Positions 23,607 through 32,000 of a stretch of 32,000 nt of DNA are shown here, in pieces (positions within the stretch are counted from its first letter, which is position 1; each line of letters starts with the position of its first letter). The position numbers were made by a program, and so were the translations under genes. The DNA is taken from positions 656,364-688,363 of the forward strand of contig NZ_CP098747.1 of NCBI RefSeq assembly GCF_023746535.1. The letters are read 5' to 3'. The notes under the pieces are model-generated. The model ran no database searches and was not told the origin of the DNA. It saw nothing but the letters and a program-made list of their open reading frames with translations. This DNA is from Sneathiella marina. GTDB lineage: Bacteria > Pseudomonadota > Alphaproteobacteria > Sneathiellales > Sneathiellaceae.

Positions 23607-23636
23607 TCCGGGGGTGGTACCGAACCACCGACCGGA
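23607..23636 (-). terminator. Candidate intrinsic terminator downstream of the aldehyde dehydrogenase / ABC operon
   Basis: The minus strand reads TCCGG-TC-GGTGG-TTCGGTA-CCACC-C-CCGGA, a two-tier GC-rich stem. It is followed by CACTAATTTTCC, with the T-run 6 nt after the stem, so it is imperfect. It lies 53 nt downstream of the stop at 23689. Confidence 0.35.
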
Positions 23637-23688
23637 GGGTATTGACCTGACAGTGATTTTGACGATTAAACCTATCCATAATCGGTGG

Positions 23689-25140
23689 TTAAATTGGAAA
23701 GTGCATCGGTCCATCTTGAATAGTCATCCAACGTAATTCGGTAAATTGATCTATTCCGGCTTTCCCGCCAAAGCGACCATACCCAGATTCTTTCATTCCG
23801 CCAAAAGGCATTTGTGCCTCGTCATGGACAGTCGGCCCGTTGATGTGACAAATGCCAGCTTCAATCCGCTTGGCAACATTCATTGCCCGAACCGTATTTT
23901 GGCCAAAAACAGCAGCGGATAACCCATATTCGGTATCGTTGGCTATTCTGACAGCTTCATCAATACTGCCTGCCCGATAGATGCAAGCAACGGGGCCGAA
24001 GGTTTCTTCTTGGTAAATTTTCATCGATGGAGACACGCGATCTAGAAGGGTCGCGCCGATAATTGTACCGTCTATAGCGCCGCCAGCCAAAATAACAGCG
24101 CCTTTTTCAACAGCGTCGGAAATCAGCCTTTCGATCCTTTGTGCTGCCATTTTATCAACGACAGAGCCTAAGGGCGTTTTGCCTTGGCGAGGATCGCCTG
24201 CTTTAAGTGTCTTTACTTTTTCCGTGAGCTTTTCCACAAAACTGTCTGCGACAGATTCGTCCACTATTACCCGTTCCGTGGACATGCAGATTTGCCCCTG
24301 GTTCATGTACGCACCGAAAGCAATTGATGCAACCGCATGATCGAGATCAGCATCATCCAGGATGATTGCAGGAGCTTTGCCGCCAAGTTCAAGAAGTGCT
24401 GGCTTCAAATAACGGCCTGCAGTCTCTGCAATCAGTCGCCCGACCCGCGTTGATCCTGTAAAATTGACTCGCCTTATTGCTCTATGTGAAATCAGGGTTT
24501 CGACAATTTCGCGAGCGGATTCAGGAGCATTGGAGATACCGTTCAAAACTCCATCAGGAATACCGCCATCTTGCATTGCTTGCAGTATCTGCATATGAGT
24601 GTTGGGACAGATTTCTGAGGTTTTCATCACGACAGTATTCCCGCATGCCATGGGCATAGCGATGGATCGAACACCCAGAATTACAGGTGCATTCCAGGGG
24701 GCAATCGACAAAACCACACCTACGGGCTGACGGACGGCCATTGCCATGCAGCCCGTTCGGTTGGATGGAATAAGTTCGCCTGCAATTTGCGTTGTCATTG
24801 AAGCCGCTTCAATCAGCATATCGGCTGCTAGCTCGATATTGAACATCGCCCAAGGTGTCGTCGCGCCAATTTCTTCGGCCATCGCTTCTACAATTTTTTC
24901 AGATCTGGCCTTAAGGGCATCGGCAGCGGATAACAATATCTCCCGACGTTGTTTGGGTGTGGTTTCAGACCATTCAGGAAAAGCTGCTGCAGCGGCATCT
25001 GCAGCTCTCAAAGCATCGTCAATAGTTGCTGCCGCTGCTTTTGTAGCCACGTCATCCGTGATGGGATTTTGCCGTTCGAAATGCCCACCATCAGAGGCTT
25101 CAACCTGGTCTCCGTTTATGAGTAGTTCCACATTGTTCAT
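23689..25140 (-). CDS. NAD(P)-dependent aldehyde dehydrogenase (aromatic/aryl-aldehyde DH-like)
   Basis: ATG at 25140 has AGGAA 7 nt upstream. The track ORF begins one codon earlier, at GTG 25143. Motifs are FTGSTRVG, ELGGKAP (catalytic Glu) and NQGQICMSTERV (catalytic Cys). Confidence 0.9.
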   Translation of the reverse strand: MNNVELLINGDQVEASDGGHFERQNPITDDVATKAAAATIDDALRAADAAAAAFPEWSETTPKQRREILLSAADALKARSEKIVEAMAEEIGATTPWAMFNIELAADMLIEAASMTTQIAGELIPSNRTGCMAMAVRQPVGVVLSIAPWNAPVILGVRSIAMPMACGNTVVMKTSEICPNTHMQILQAMQDGGIPDGVLNGISNAPESAREIVETLISHRAIRRVNFTGSTRVGRLIAETAGRYLKPALLELGGKAPAIILDDADLDHAVASIAFGAYMNQGQICMSTERVIVDESVADSFVEKLTEKVKTLKAGDPRQGKTPLGSVVDKMAAQRIERLISDAVEKGAVILAGGAIDGTIIGATLLDRVSPSMKIYQEETFGPVACIYRAGSIDEAVRIANDTEYGLSAAVFGQNTVRAMNVAKRIEAGICHINGPTVHDEAQMPFGGMKESGYGRFGGKAGIDQFTELRWMTIQDGPMHFPI

Positions 25141-25164
25141 CACTATTTCCTATTTTAACTAGAG

Positions 25165-25878
25165 TTATTTTGCGGCGCCCATATAAGCCCTGTGAAGATC
25201 TTCGTTGTCTGTTAGTTCATTTGCGGTGCCCTGACCTACAATGGATCCTGTTCCCATTACGTAACCTCGATCTGAGATAGCTAGGCTGGCTTTCACATTT
25301 TGTTCGACAATGAGCATCGTCATGCCGGCTACTCTGATTTTCTTCAAGGCTTCAAAAAGTTCTCGGATGACGATAGGAGCTAGCCCTAAACTTGGTTCGT
25401 CGAGCATCAGGAGTTTTGGCTCTGACATTATTGAGCGGCCTACAGCAACCATCTGCTGCTCGCCACCGGACATTGTTCCAACCAGTTGCTTCGATCTGAA
25501 GGCAAGCTTTGGAAATAGGTCATAAACAAACTCTCTGTTTTTCGATTCAGAGGTTCGTGCTCGTTTTGGATTGGCGCCTAACTGCAAGTTCTCTTCTACA
25601 CTCAAATCAGGGAACAAACCCCGCCCTTCTGGTACTAAAGACAACCCGATATCGACTCGCCGATAGGCCGGCATATATCTTAAATTTTGTCCTTCAAAGG
25701 TTAATTCGGAGTTTTCTGACACTGTCTCCAATCCAGCAATGGCTTTTAGAAGTGATGTTTTTCCGGCTCCGTTTGCCCCCAATATAGCGACTGTTTCACC
25801 CTGACGAATATCGATTGAAATTTGTTCAATGGCTATATGTTGACCATAAGAGAGAGAAAGGTTTTGAATACTAAGCAT
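25165..25878 (-). CDS. ABC transporter ATP-binding protein, LivF-type
   Basis: Walker A is GANGAGKTS, the signature is MSGGEQQM and Walker B is LLMLDEPS. There is an 8-nt overlap with the upstream ATPase gene. Confidence 0.9.
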   Translation of the reverse strand: MLSIQNLSLSYGQHIAIEQISIDIRQGETVAILGANGAGKTSLLKAIAGLETVSENSELTFEGQNLRYMPAYRRVDIGLSLVPEGRGLFPDLSVEENLQLGANPKRARTSESKNREFVYDLFPKLAFRSKQLVGTMSGGEQQMVAVGRSIMSEPKLLMLDEPSLGLAPIVIRELFEALKKIRVAGMTMLIVEQNVKASLAISDRGYVMGTGSIVGQGTANELTDNEDLHRAYMGAAK

Positions 25879-26599
25879 CTGCCCCTCCCAGATAAGCTGA
25901 AACTACAGATTCATTTTCCAATACTTCCCCGGTTGGTCCGTCAGCAATTACTTCTCCGCTGTTCATAACTACACAGCGCGGACATAGTTCACGGATGGCA
26001 CTCATGATATGTTCAACAATTAAGATACTAATGCCACTGCTCTGAATAGAATTAATCAATTCTATACCCGTTTCCAGTTCTTGCGGTGTAAGCCCGGAAA
26101 GCCATTCATCCAAAAGCAGCAGTTTGGGCTCTGTGGCCAGTGCACGAGCAAGCTCCAATCGTTTGCAATCGATATAATTAAGTGAACCTGCTAAATCGCG
26201 TGCTTTATCCTGCAGTCCGACGGTGGCCAATTTTTCTTCTGCAATTTCGTGTGCTTCGCGTCCCCAGGCTGATTTTTCCCGAAAAGCAACACTGCATATG
26301 ACGTTGTCTGAAACTGACATCGTCTGGAGGACACGAACTAATTGAAATGTTCGGGCAATGCCGGAATGGGAAATCTGATCTGGCCGAAGTGAACTTATAT
26401 TTTTACCATATAAGCTGATATTTCCCGAGGTTGCCCTATGCGCGCCCGATATCAAATTCAAAAGCGTTGTTTTTCCGGATCCATTCGGACCAAGCAGACC
26501 AACAATTTCTCCGTCCTTCATATCAAATGAGACATTATTAACTGCGGCCAGGCCGCCAAAATTTTTCCCGACAGCTTGTAACCGCAAGAGGACAGTCAT
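25871..26599 (-). CDS. ABC transporter ATP-binding protein, LivG-type
   Basis: Walker A is GPNGSGKTT and Walker B is LLLLDEWLSG. There is an ATGA overlap with the upstream permease gene. Confidence 0.9.
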   Translation of the reverse strand: MTVLLRLQAVGKNFGGLAAVNNVSFDMKDGEIVGLLGPNGSGKTTLLNLISGAHRATSGNISLYGKNISSLRPDQISHSGIARTFQLVRVLQTMSVSDNVICSVAFREKSAWGREAHEIAEEKLATVGLQDKARDLAGSLNYIDCKRLELARALATEPKLLLLDEWLSGLTPQELETGIELINSIQSSGISILIVEHIMSAIRELCPRCVVMNSGEVIADGPTGEVLENESVVSAYLGGADA

Positions 26600-27513
26600 G
26601 ATCTGGTCCTCCCTAGTCTTGCGTTATCGACGAACTCAAGAACGCCTTTTGGTAAGGCAAATACAATTAGGATAAACAGTGCCCCAAGAATAATTGAATA
26701 ATGGTTTGGAAAGCTGGCAGATAGCCATTCGAACAGCAGAAATAGTGGGACGACGCCAAACAGGGGACCATATAATCTGTGAGCACCCCCCAGTAGCGCC
26801 ATAATGACAGTTAAGAAGGAAACGGTCGGGTTGAAAACGATACTGGGTTCAACATAGACCCATCGAGGTGCTTGGATGGCGCCTACCAGAGTAATGAGGC
26901 AAGCACTCAGCGCAAATAACATTAGTTTAATGCGGGTAATATTGATCCCGATATGGGCGGCGACAACTTCATCTTCTCCGATAACCTGAAGTGCCATTCC
27001 AATCCGGCTTCTTCTAACCATCCACGAAACAAGCAATGTCAATGCTGTCGTAGCGAGCAACATCCAGTATATATGCTGCGGCTCCAGAGGTAGGAATATA
27101 TACCTTCCCAACGTGCCGGTAATATTCACCTCGTACCAAGTAATAAGCTGACGCACCAATTCAGCTAATCCGAATGAAAATATAACGAAATACACACCGG
27201 CTAGTCTGAGTGTCGCAATCCCTACCGCCAAAGACATTACTAAACCAATTGCGATGGCGACCAATAAAATTAACGGGTAAGACAAGTCTTCGTTTAATAC
27301 AGCAACCACATAGGCACCAATCCCATAGAAGGCGACGGTCGCGAGCGAAATATATCGGGTTGGTCCTGAAAACATGGACCAGGCTGTTGCCATTGCAGCG
27401 TAACTCATCATCCCGATCATCAGGCCTAGGCCATATGCTTCCAGGTAAAACGGAACAAGCGCTAGAATGCACAAGGCGCCGATAACGCCACCTATTTTCA
27501 TACTGCTATTCAT
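26596..27513 (-). CDS. Branched-chain-amino-acid-type ABC permease, LivM-like
   Basis: 305-aa polytopic protein of the BPD_transp_2 type. Its start abuts the LivH-like stop (TAGATG). Confidence 0.85.
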   Translation of the reverse strand: MNSSMKIGGVIGALCILALVPFYLEAYGLGLMIGMMSYAAMATAWSMFSGPTRYISLATVAFYGIGAYVVAVLNEDLSYPLILLVAIAIGLVMSLAVGIATLRLAGVYFVIFSFGLAELVRQLITWYEVNITGTLGRYIFLPLEPQHIYWMLLATTALTLLVSWMVRRSRIGMALQVIGEDEVVAAHIGINITRIKLMLFALSACLITLVGAIQAPRWVYVEPSIVFNPTVSFLTVIMALLGGAHRLYGPLFGVVPLFLLFEWLSASFPNHYSIILGALFILIVFALPKGVLEFVDNARLGRTRS

Positions 27514-28386
27514 CTATTTTATGACCCGACCGAATAACCCTTGCGGGCGCCATAGAAGTAGAACCAAAAAGATCAGGTATGTAGAAGCCAGGGTTAGCCC
27601 AGGGTCAATATATGTAGAGACAAACGCTTCGGCCAAGCCCAAAATAAGGCCCGCAATAAGTGCTCCCATGAAATTACCAACTCCTCCCATGATCACAACA
27701 ATCAGCGCTTTCATTGTAAAAACAACACCACTTGTAGCCGTAAATGTCTGGAACATGGAAATAACGACGCCGGCAAGAGAGGCAAGCATCCCGCCGATAG
27801 CAAAAGCGATTTGAGCAACGCGATCCACATTGATACCAACAAGAGGGGCATTCTCCGGTTTGGTCGCAACCGCTCTCAGAACGGTTCCCCATCTTGTATA
27901 GGTCACAAAACAATACAGGCTTATTCCCAGAGCAATCGCGATACCAAAGGCAATTAATCTATTGGCGGCAATTGTGGTGCCGAATAATTCAATCGGTATG
28001 TTTAGGTAACTATAGCTGGTGAAATTTGCCCCGAATAAGACGAGTAAAATACCTTGAATAAGAAACAGTAATCCAAACGTCAGCAGGATCGAATCTATTT
28101 CTAAACTGCCGCCTTTCTGCGTCCTCTTGACTAGCGGAGCCATGAGAATGGCGTAAATGAAGAACGAAATAATGAAGGCGGCAGGGGCAACGATGATAAG
28201 GCCTGCTAACGGATCCAGATCAAATGTAGAGAAAAGAACAAAGGTTGCGAAGGAAGCAGCTATCACAAATTCCCCATACGCCAAGTTCATTATTCTGGCG
28301 ACACCATATTGCATACTAAGGCCCAGTGCAGCCAAAGCATAGGTTCCCCCAAGAACCAACCCAATGATGAGAGATGTAGTAAACAT
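27514..28386 (-). CDS. Branched-chain-amino-acid-type ABC permease, LivH-like
   Basis: 290-aa polytopic protein. The N-terminus LVLGGTYALAALGLSMQYGVARIMNLAYGEF is typical of LivH-type permeases. Confidence 0.85.
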   Translation of the reverse strand: MFTTSLIIGLVLGGTYALAALGLSMQYGVARIMNLAYGEFVIAASFATFVLFSTFDLDPLAGLIIVAPAAFIISFFIYAILMAPLVKRTQKGGSLEIDSILLTFGLLFLIQGILLVLFGANFTSYSYLNIPIELFGTTIAANRLIAFGIAIALGISLYCFVTYTRWGTVLRAVATKPENAPLVGINVDRVAQIAFAIGGMLASLAGVVISMFQTFTATSGVVFTMKALIVVIMGGVGNFMGALIAGLILGLAEAFVSTYIDPGLTLASTYLIFLVLLLWRPQGLFGRVIK

Positions 28387-28418
28387 ACCTACCGCCTTCG
28401 CAATCAGAAGTTATTAAA

Positions 28419-29654
28419 TTAGTTCTGCCAGACAGGTTTTGGTATTGTCGCAGTCTCTGCTCCATCGCGGTTTGATGGAGCGATGGCAACAAAATTGCCG
28501 TTTTTCCATTGACCAGTCCACCACAGCTTCCTTAACTGATTATTTTCGAGCTTGATTTTTCCAAGTATAGTATCGAATTCACCATCGGATATTTCTTTGG
28601 AAACCGCATCTTTATCCAACCCCGCACGTTCTATGGCCTGCTGTAAAATCTGCAAGCTGGCATAGGTCACGCTGCTTGCCCAATAATCTGGGGGGGTGCC
28701 TGTTGCTTCTTGGTGGCGCTTTGAATATGCAACAAAATCTGCATTGTTGATGTCGATACCACCGAGACTCATAACACCATCAATATTTATGCCTGCGATC
28801 TTTTTATACACTGGAAATCCAACACCAACACCAAGATAAAATACCTTTGGATTGAAGCTTGAAACGATGGATTGTTTAGTCATGCCAAATGTTCCAGGGG
28901 GGTAGGAGAAAGCAACAAAGCTGTCGGCACCAGACATTTTGGCTTCAGCGACTATCGCGTTAAAGTCTGAAGTGCCCAATGGGTAAGTCTTGTCGTAAAC
29001 TATGTCCATGCCTTCCTTTTCCATCGCTGGGCGAGCAGATTTTAGCAGATCTATACCAAAGCCATCTGCTACTGAAACGATGGCGACTTTGTTGTTTATT
29101 TCTCCAGCCTTGCTTGCGGCGCCCAATACCTTTGCCAACGCTTCGGAATAGTCGCTTCCGCCACCAAGAAACCAAAAACTCTTGGTCCATCTGTTTGCAA
29201 AATCCGGGGCTTTATCTGTAACGGCAGTTACGGCTAATTGAGGATATCCGAAACGATCCATCAATGGTGCAATTGCAAGATTGAAACCTGTACCCCAAGG
29301 CGGTAAAATGAAATCCACTTGATCCTGGGTTGCCAGACGCTCAATCGCCCGAACTACCTCTTCTGAAGATGAACGGTCATCATATTCAACAATTTCAATT
29401 AGCCGCTGACTTCCATCCGGGAGTTTGAGCCCACCTTGTGCATTAACGTCCTTAACCCAAAGTGTGTAATTTGGAATTGTTGTAATACCGGCTCCCGCTG
29501 AATTTGGGCCAGTTTTGGAAACGGCATACCCAATTTTCACTGATTTGGACTCTGAAAATGAAGTCGTCGTGAAGCCAAAAATGATTGCAGGTATCGCAAG
29601 GGCTGCAATCGTAAAATTTGTGATTTTTCGCAAAAATTTTCTTTCGTTTTTCAT
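28419..29654 (-). CDS. Periplasmic substrate-binding protein, type-I PBP (LivJ/Peripla_BP_6-like), ligand unknown
   Basis: The N-terminus has a signal peptide (ITNFTIAALAIPAIIFGFTTTSFS). Length is 411 aa. It is the first gene of the ABC operon. Confidence 0.8.
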   Translation of the reverse strand: MKNERKFLRKITNFTIAALAIPAIIFGFTTTSFSESKSVKIGYAVSKTGPNSAGAGITTIPNYTLWVKDVNAQGGLKLPDGSQRLIEIVEYDDRSSSEEVVRAIERLATQDQVDFILPPWGTGFNLAIAPLMDRFGYPQLAVTAVTDKAPDFANRWTKSFWFLGGGSDYSEALAKVLGAASKAGEINNKVAIVSVADGFGIDLLKSARPAMEKEGMDIVYDKTYPLGTSDFNAIVAEAKMSGADSFVAFSYPPGTFGMTKQSIVSSFNPKVFYLGVGVGFPVYKKIAGINIDGVMSLGGIDINNADFVAYSKRHQEATGTPPDYWASSVTYASLQILQQAIERAGLDKDAVSKEISDGEFDTILGKIKLENNQLRKLWWTGQWKNGNFVAIAPSNRDGAETATIPKPVWQN

Positions 29655-29701
29655 GTTTCACTCCCATGTATGAACGATTTTGATGCCACAGGAATTGGCT
29701 C

Positions 29702-29714
29702 AATTGCGGCATAA
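29702..29714. promoter_or_regulatory. Direct repeat copy 1 (AATTGCGGCATAA) in the AraC / ABC-operon divergent region
   Basis: Matches AATTGCGG-ATAA at 29768-29780 apart from a one-base indel. AraC-family proteins commonly bind direct repeats. Confidence 0.3.
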
Positions 29715-29767
29715 CATTTATTTGTGATATTGACGGTAAAGAAAGAAAGTAGTTCACAAAATAGACT

Positions 29768-29780
29768 AATTGCGGATAAA
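29768..29780. promoter_or_regulatory. Direct repeat copy 2 (AATTGCGGATAAA)
   Basis: See copy 1. The two copies are 66 nt apart and copy 2 lies 51 nt upstream of the AraC ATG. Confidence 0.3.
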
Positions 29781-29830
29781 ATTGTACTTTTGAAGAGTTT
29801 CGTTAGTGAAATGGTGGCAGGCTGGTAAAA

Positions 29831-30697
29831 ATGGCAGTCAAAATATCATCCGTGGTCTGGGAAAATGTTGAAGCTCACGGATTTAAAAGCAGTCTTACAA
29901 ATACAGACTATGTTTTACGAGGAGGACGATCACACCTGTTCCTGCTGACAGCCGGAGCTGGTGCCTTACATATTGAACAGACAATTAATTTTGCTGAGGC
30001 GCCGATTTTGATCTGGGTGCCGCAAGGGACAAGTTCCAAATTTTCCCTAGAAGCCGGTGCGCGCGGCGCGGCCGTCAGTATTCCAGAATTACAACTGGGC
30101 ATATCGTTACCGACTGGAACTTTAGGCGCTGACGTTCGACAAGCGCTGTTGTCCCCTCTGGTTAAGCGATTTCCTGACAACGTTGTCGAAAAGCGTTTGG
30201 TGGCATTGACGGAAACTATTACAGACGAACTGTTTACCAATGCGCCTGCAGCTCAAAATGTTGTCCATTATAACCTGACGCTGCTACTGATCGAAATTTG
30301 GAGGATTACGGCTCCAGATACAACACAATCAAAATCACTGCCCCGTTCAATTTTTCAAAATTTTGTGTCGTTGGTTGAGCTCCACGTTACGGATCATTGG
30401 ACTGTCGCAAACTATGCTGATCACATTGGGGTTTCCAAAGACCGATTGACATCGGCAGTCAGGCGGGCAACCGGTAGATCGCCACTGGCAGAAATACATA
30501 GAAAACTTATGCAAGAAGCGGAGCAGCAACTCCTGACCTCAAGCAGGCAAGTTTCTGAAATTGCCTATAGGTTAGGTTTCAAAGATACAGCCTACTTTAA
30601 CCGCTTCTTTCAAAGAAATGCTAAAATGCCGCCGGGAAAATATAGAGCGGAAAAACAACATCAGTCACCTGCAAGTGAATTTTCGGCCTGGCCATAA
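29831..30697 (+). CDS. AraC/XylS-family transcriptional regulator
   Basis: The C-terminal double HTH is VANYADHIGVSKDRLTSAVRRATGRSP...VSEIAYRLGFKDTAYFNRFFQRNAKMPPGKYR. The gene is divergent from the ABC operon. Confidence 0.9.
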   Translation: MAVKISSVVWENVEAHGFKSSLTNTDYVLRGGRSHLFLLTAGAGALHIEQTINFAEAPILIWVPQGTSSKFSLEAGARGAAVSIPELQLGISLPTGTLGADVRQALLSPLVKRFPDNVVEKRLVALTETITDELFTNAPAAQNVVHYNLTLLLIEIWRITAPDTTQSKSLPRSIFQNFVSLVELHVTDHWTVANYADHIGVSKDRLTSAVRRATGRSPLAEIHRKLMQEAEQQLLTSSRQVSEIAYRLGFKDTAYFNRFFQRNAKMPPGKYRAEKQHQSPASEFSAWP

Positions 30698-30717
30698 CAG
30701 CATGAGCCAAAGGCATA

Positions 30718-30735
30718 ATCGCCCCGGGGGCGGAT
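30718..30735. terminator. GC-rich hairpin between convergent AraC and CoA-transferase genes (possible bidirectional terminator)
   Basis: ATCGCC-CCGGG-GGCGGAT is a near-perfect inverted repeat. There is no clean U-tract on the plus side and only a weakly T-rich stretch (TATGCCTTTGG) on the minus side. Confidence 0.3.
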
Positions 30736-30812
30736 ATACACCGCCGCCAGGCTGATTTTCATTCCGTCGCATGGGCTACTTACTGCGTGAAGAAACCGGA
30801 ATGTAAAAGGGA

Positions 30813-32000
30813 TTAGTTAGCCGGTTTGCTGACACCCTTATCAAAAAGCATATCAATTTCTTCCTTGCTATAGCCAGCCTCTGCCAGGATTTCAGCGCTA
30901 TGTTCTCCGAGCCTGGGTTGCAGTCGTCGGACGGAAGAGGGGGACTCTGAAAACCGTACCGGCGGTTCAGGATACCGTAATGCGCCTTCTGTCGGATGTT
31001 CTACCGTCTTCCAGAAACCAGTTGCTACCAATTGCTCATCTTCGATCAAATCTTCCATTGAATTGACGGCTTGGACCGGTACTGCAGCTTTATCCAACGC
31101 TTCTTGCCATTCGGCCGTGGTTTTAGTCGCGACGATCTCAGCGAGTATTTTGTAAATTTCTCCTGAATGCTTAATGCGCGAGGCATGATCGGCGAAGCGC
31201 AGGTCTTCTTTCAAGTCCTCTCTGCCCGAAACCTTGAACATGGCATCCCAATTAGCATCCGTATAGGGCAGGACAGCCAAAAAACCGTCTTTCGTGGCGT
31301 AGGGGCGGCGCTCTTTATTCAATAACCGGGTGTAACCCATAGGGCCAGCTGCTGGGACAAATCCTTCACCGCTTAAATGTTCAACCATCATGAAGTCCAC
31401 CAGGGATTCAAACATGGGAACTTCGATGGCCTGGCCTTTACCGCTTTGTCCCCGGTAAAACAGTGCCGCCAGGATGGCAGAGACAACATAATGTGACGTT
31501 GTTTTATCTGCGATGATAGTGGGAACGAACCGTGGCTCTCCAGACATGAGCTTCTGTGTGTCGGCAATACCGCAGGCTGCTTGGATGATGTCGTCGTAGG
31601 CGGGTTTCTCTGCCATTGGGCCGTCAGAGCGAAAGCCAAAGGCGGCGCAGTAAATCAATTCAGGATAAGCTTCCGAAAATCTTTCATAGCCCATATTGAG
31701 CTTCTTTGCCACGTTGGGCCGAAAGTTATGCAGGAGTATATCCGCAGTTCCCACCAGTTTGAAGAGCGCTTCCTGACCTTCGGGTTGGGTTAAATCTATT
31801 ACTACCGAGCGTTTATTCCGGTTGGCGCCCATGAAAAATGACGCCATACCTTCGTTCCTTGCAGCGCCTGCTTTGCGGGTTAAATCACCAGCCGGAGTTT
31901 CAACTTTAATAACTTCAGCACCCATATCCCCTAGCTGTTGAGCTGCCCAGGGCCCCAAGATTACAGTGCTCATATCAATTATTCTGATGCCATCCAATGC
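30813..32000 (-). CDS. Family III CoA-transferase (CaiB/BaiF-like), N-terminus probably just beyond the window edge
   Basis: GIRIIDMSTVILGPWAAQQLGDMGAEVIKVETP is the typical N-terminal motif. The frame stays open to position 32000 and the track start at 31997 is a TTG. Confidence 0.85.
   Translation of the reverse strand, partial: ALDGIRIIDMSTVILGPWAAQQLGDMGAEVIKVETPAGDLTRKAGAARNEGMASFFMGANRNKRSVVIDLTQPEGQEALFKLVGTADILLHNFRPNVAKKLNMGYERFSEAYPELIYCAAFGFRSDGPMAEKPAYDDIIQAACGIADTQKLMSGEPRFVPTIIADKTTSHYVVSAILAALFYRGQSGKGQAIEVPMFESLVDFMMVEHLSGEGFVPAAGPMGYTRLLNKERRPYATKDGFLAVLPYTDANWDAMFKVSGREDLKEDLRFADHASRIKHSGEIYKILAEIVATKTTAEWQEALDKAAVPVQAVNSMEDLIEDEQLVATGFWKTVEHPTEGALRYPEPPVRFSESPSSVRRLQPRLGEHSAEILAEAGYSKEEIDMLFDKGVSKPAN

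Noticed and set aside
23607-23636. tRNA-like T-arm on the minus strand (GGTGG-TTCGGTA-CCACC followed by CCCGGACA) at the edge of the AT-rich island. This could have been a tRNA gene or an att-site remnant.
   Set aside because: No matching 5' acceptor strand, D-arm or anticodon arm lies in the 75 nt upstream on that strand. The loop has G where the near-invariant A58 should be. It is better explained as a terminator hairpin for the ALDH operon. tRNAscan-SE or ARAGORN would settle it.
23689-25140. The aldehyde dehydrogenase adjacent to the phosphonate cassette could be a PhnY-type phosphonoacetaldehyde dehydrogenase belonging to the cassette.
   Set aside because: It is the last gene of the upstream ABC operon, 24 nt after the LivF-type gene. 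It has backbone-like composition. A hairpin and 464 nt of non-coding DNA separate it from pepM. Its function cannot be excluded without phylogeny.
1-32000. I looked for CRISPR repeats, IS elements or terminal inverted repeats, integrases, toxin-antitoxin pairs, defence-system ATPases or nucleases, and rRNA/tRNA genes.
   Set aside because: I saw no regularly spaced repeats and no ORF with recombinase, transposase or nuclease motifs. All large ORFs are accounted for by metabolic, transport or regulatory genes.

Overview
Bacterial chromosomal window with proteobacterial-looking gene content. Hand-counted 60-nt samples put the backbone at roughly 48-55% GC. I call 26 densely packed protein-coding genes and found no rRNA, tRNA, CRISPR array, transposase or integrase. 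Left to right: a partial DMT transporter, a DUF1185-type protein, a Tat-signal agmatine-deiminase-family enzyme, a TPR protein, an amidohydrolase-2 and a TIM-like::cupin fusion. Next is a four-gene minus-strand operon: leaderless GGT-family Ntn hydrolase, FemAB-like DUF482, thioesterase, and acyl-AMP ligase::carrier protein. Then come a GC-rich GcvA-type LysR regulator divergent from a DMT transporter, and an alpha/beta hydrolase. An AT-rich five-gene minus-strand phosphonate cassette follows: Fom1-like cytidylyltransferase::PEP mutase, phosphonopyruvate decarboxylase, Fe-ADH-type phosphonoacetaldehyde reductase, a membrane-anchored TagF-like transferase, and a 920-aa YidC/Oxa1-like::polytopic::alkaline-phosphatase-superfamily fusion. 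The window ends with a Liv-type ABC importer plus aldehyde dehydrogenase operon, a divergent AraC regulator and a partial family-III CoA-transferase. The best candidate for an undescribed system is the phosphonate cassette. By parts list it should make CMP-2-hydroxyethylphosphonate and pass it to two membrane transferases, giving cell-surface phosphonylation or possibly a teichoic-acid-like phosphonate polymer. The second candidate is the GGT/DUF482/thioesterase/ligase-ACP cassette. All family assignments come from reading motifs in the supplied translations, not from database searches. Pfam/TIGRFAM names are quoted from memory as models to test.
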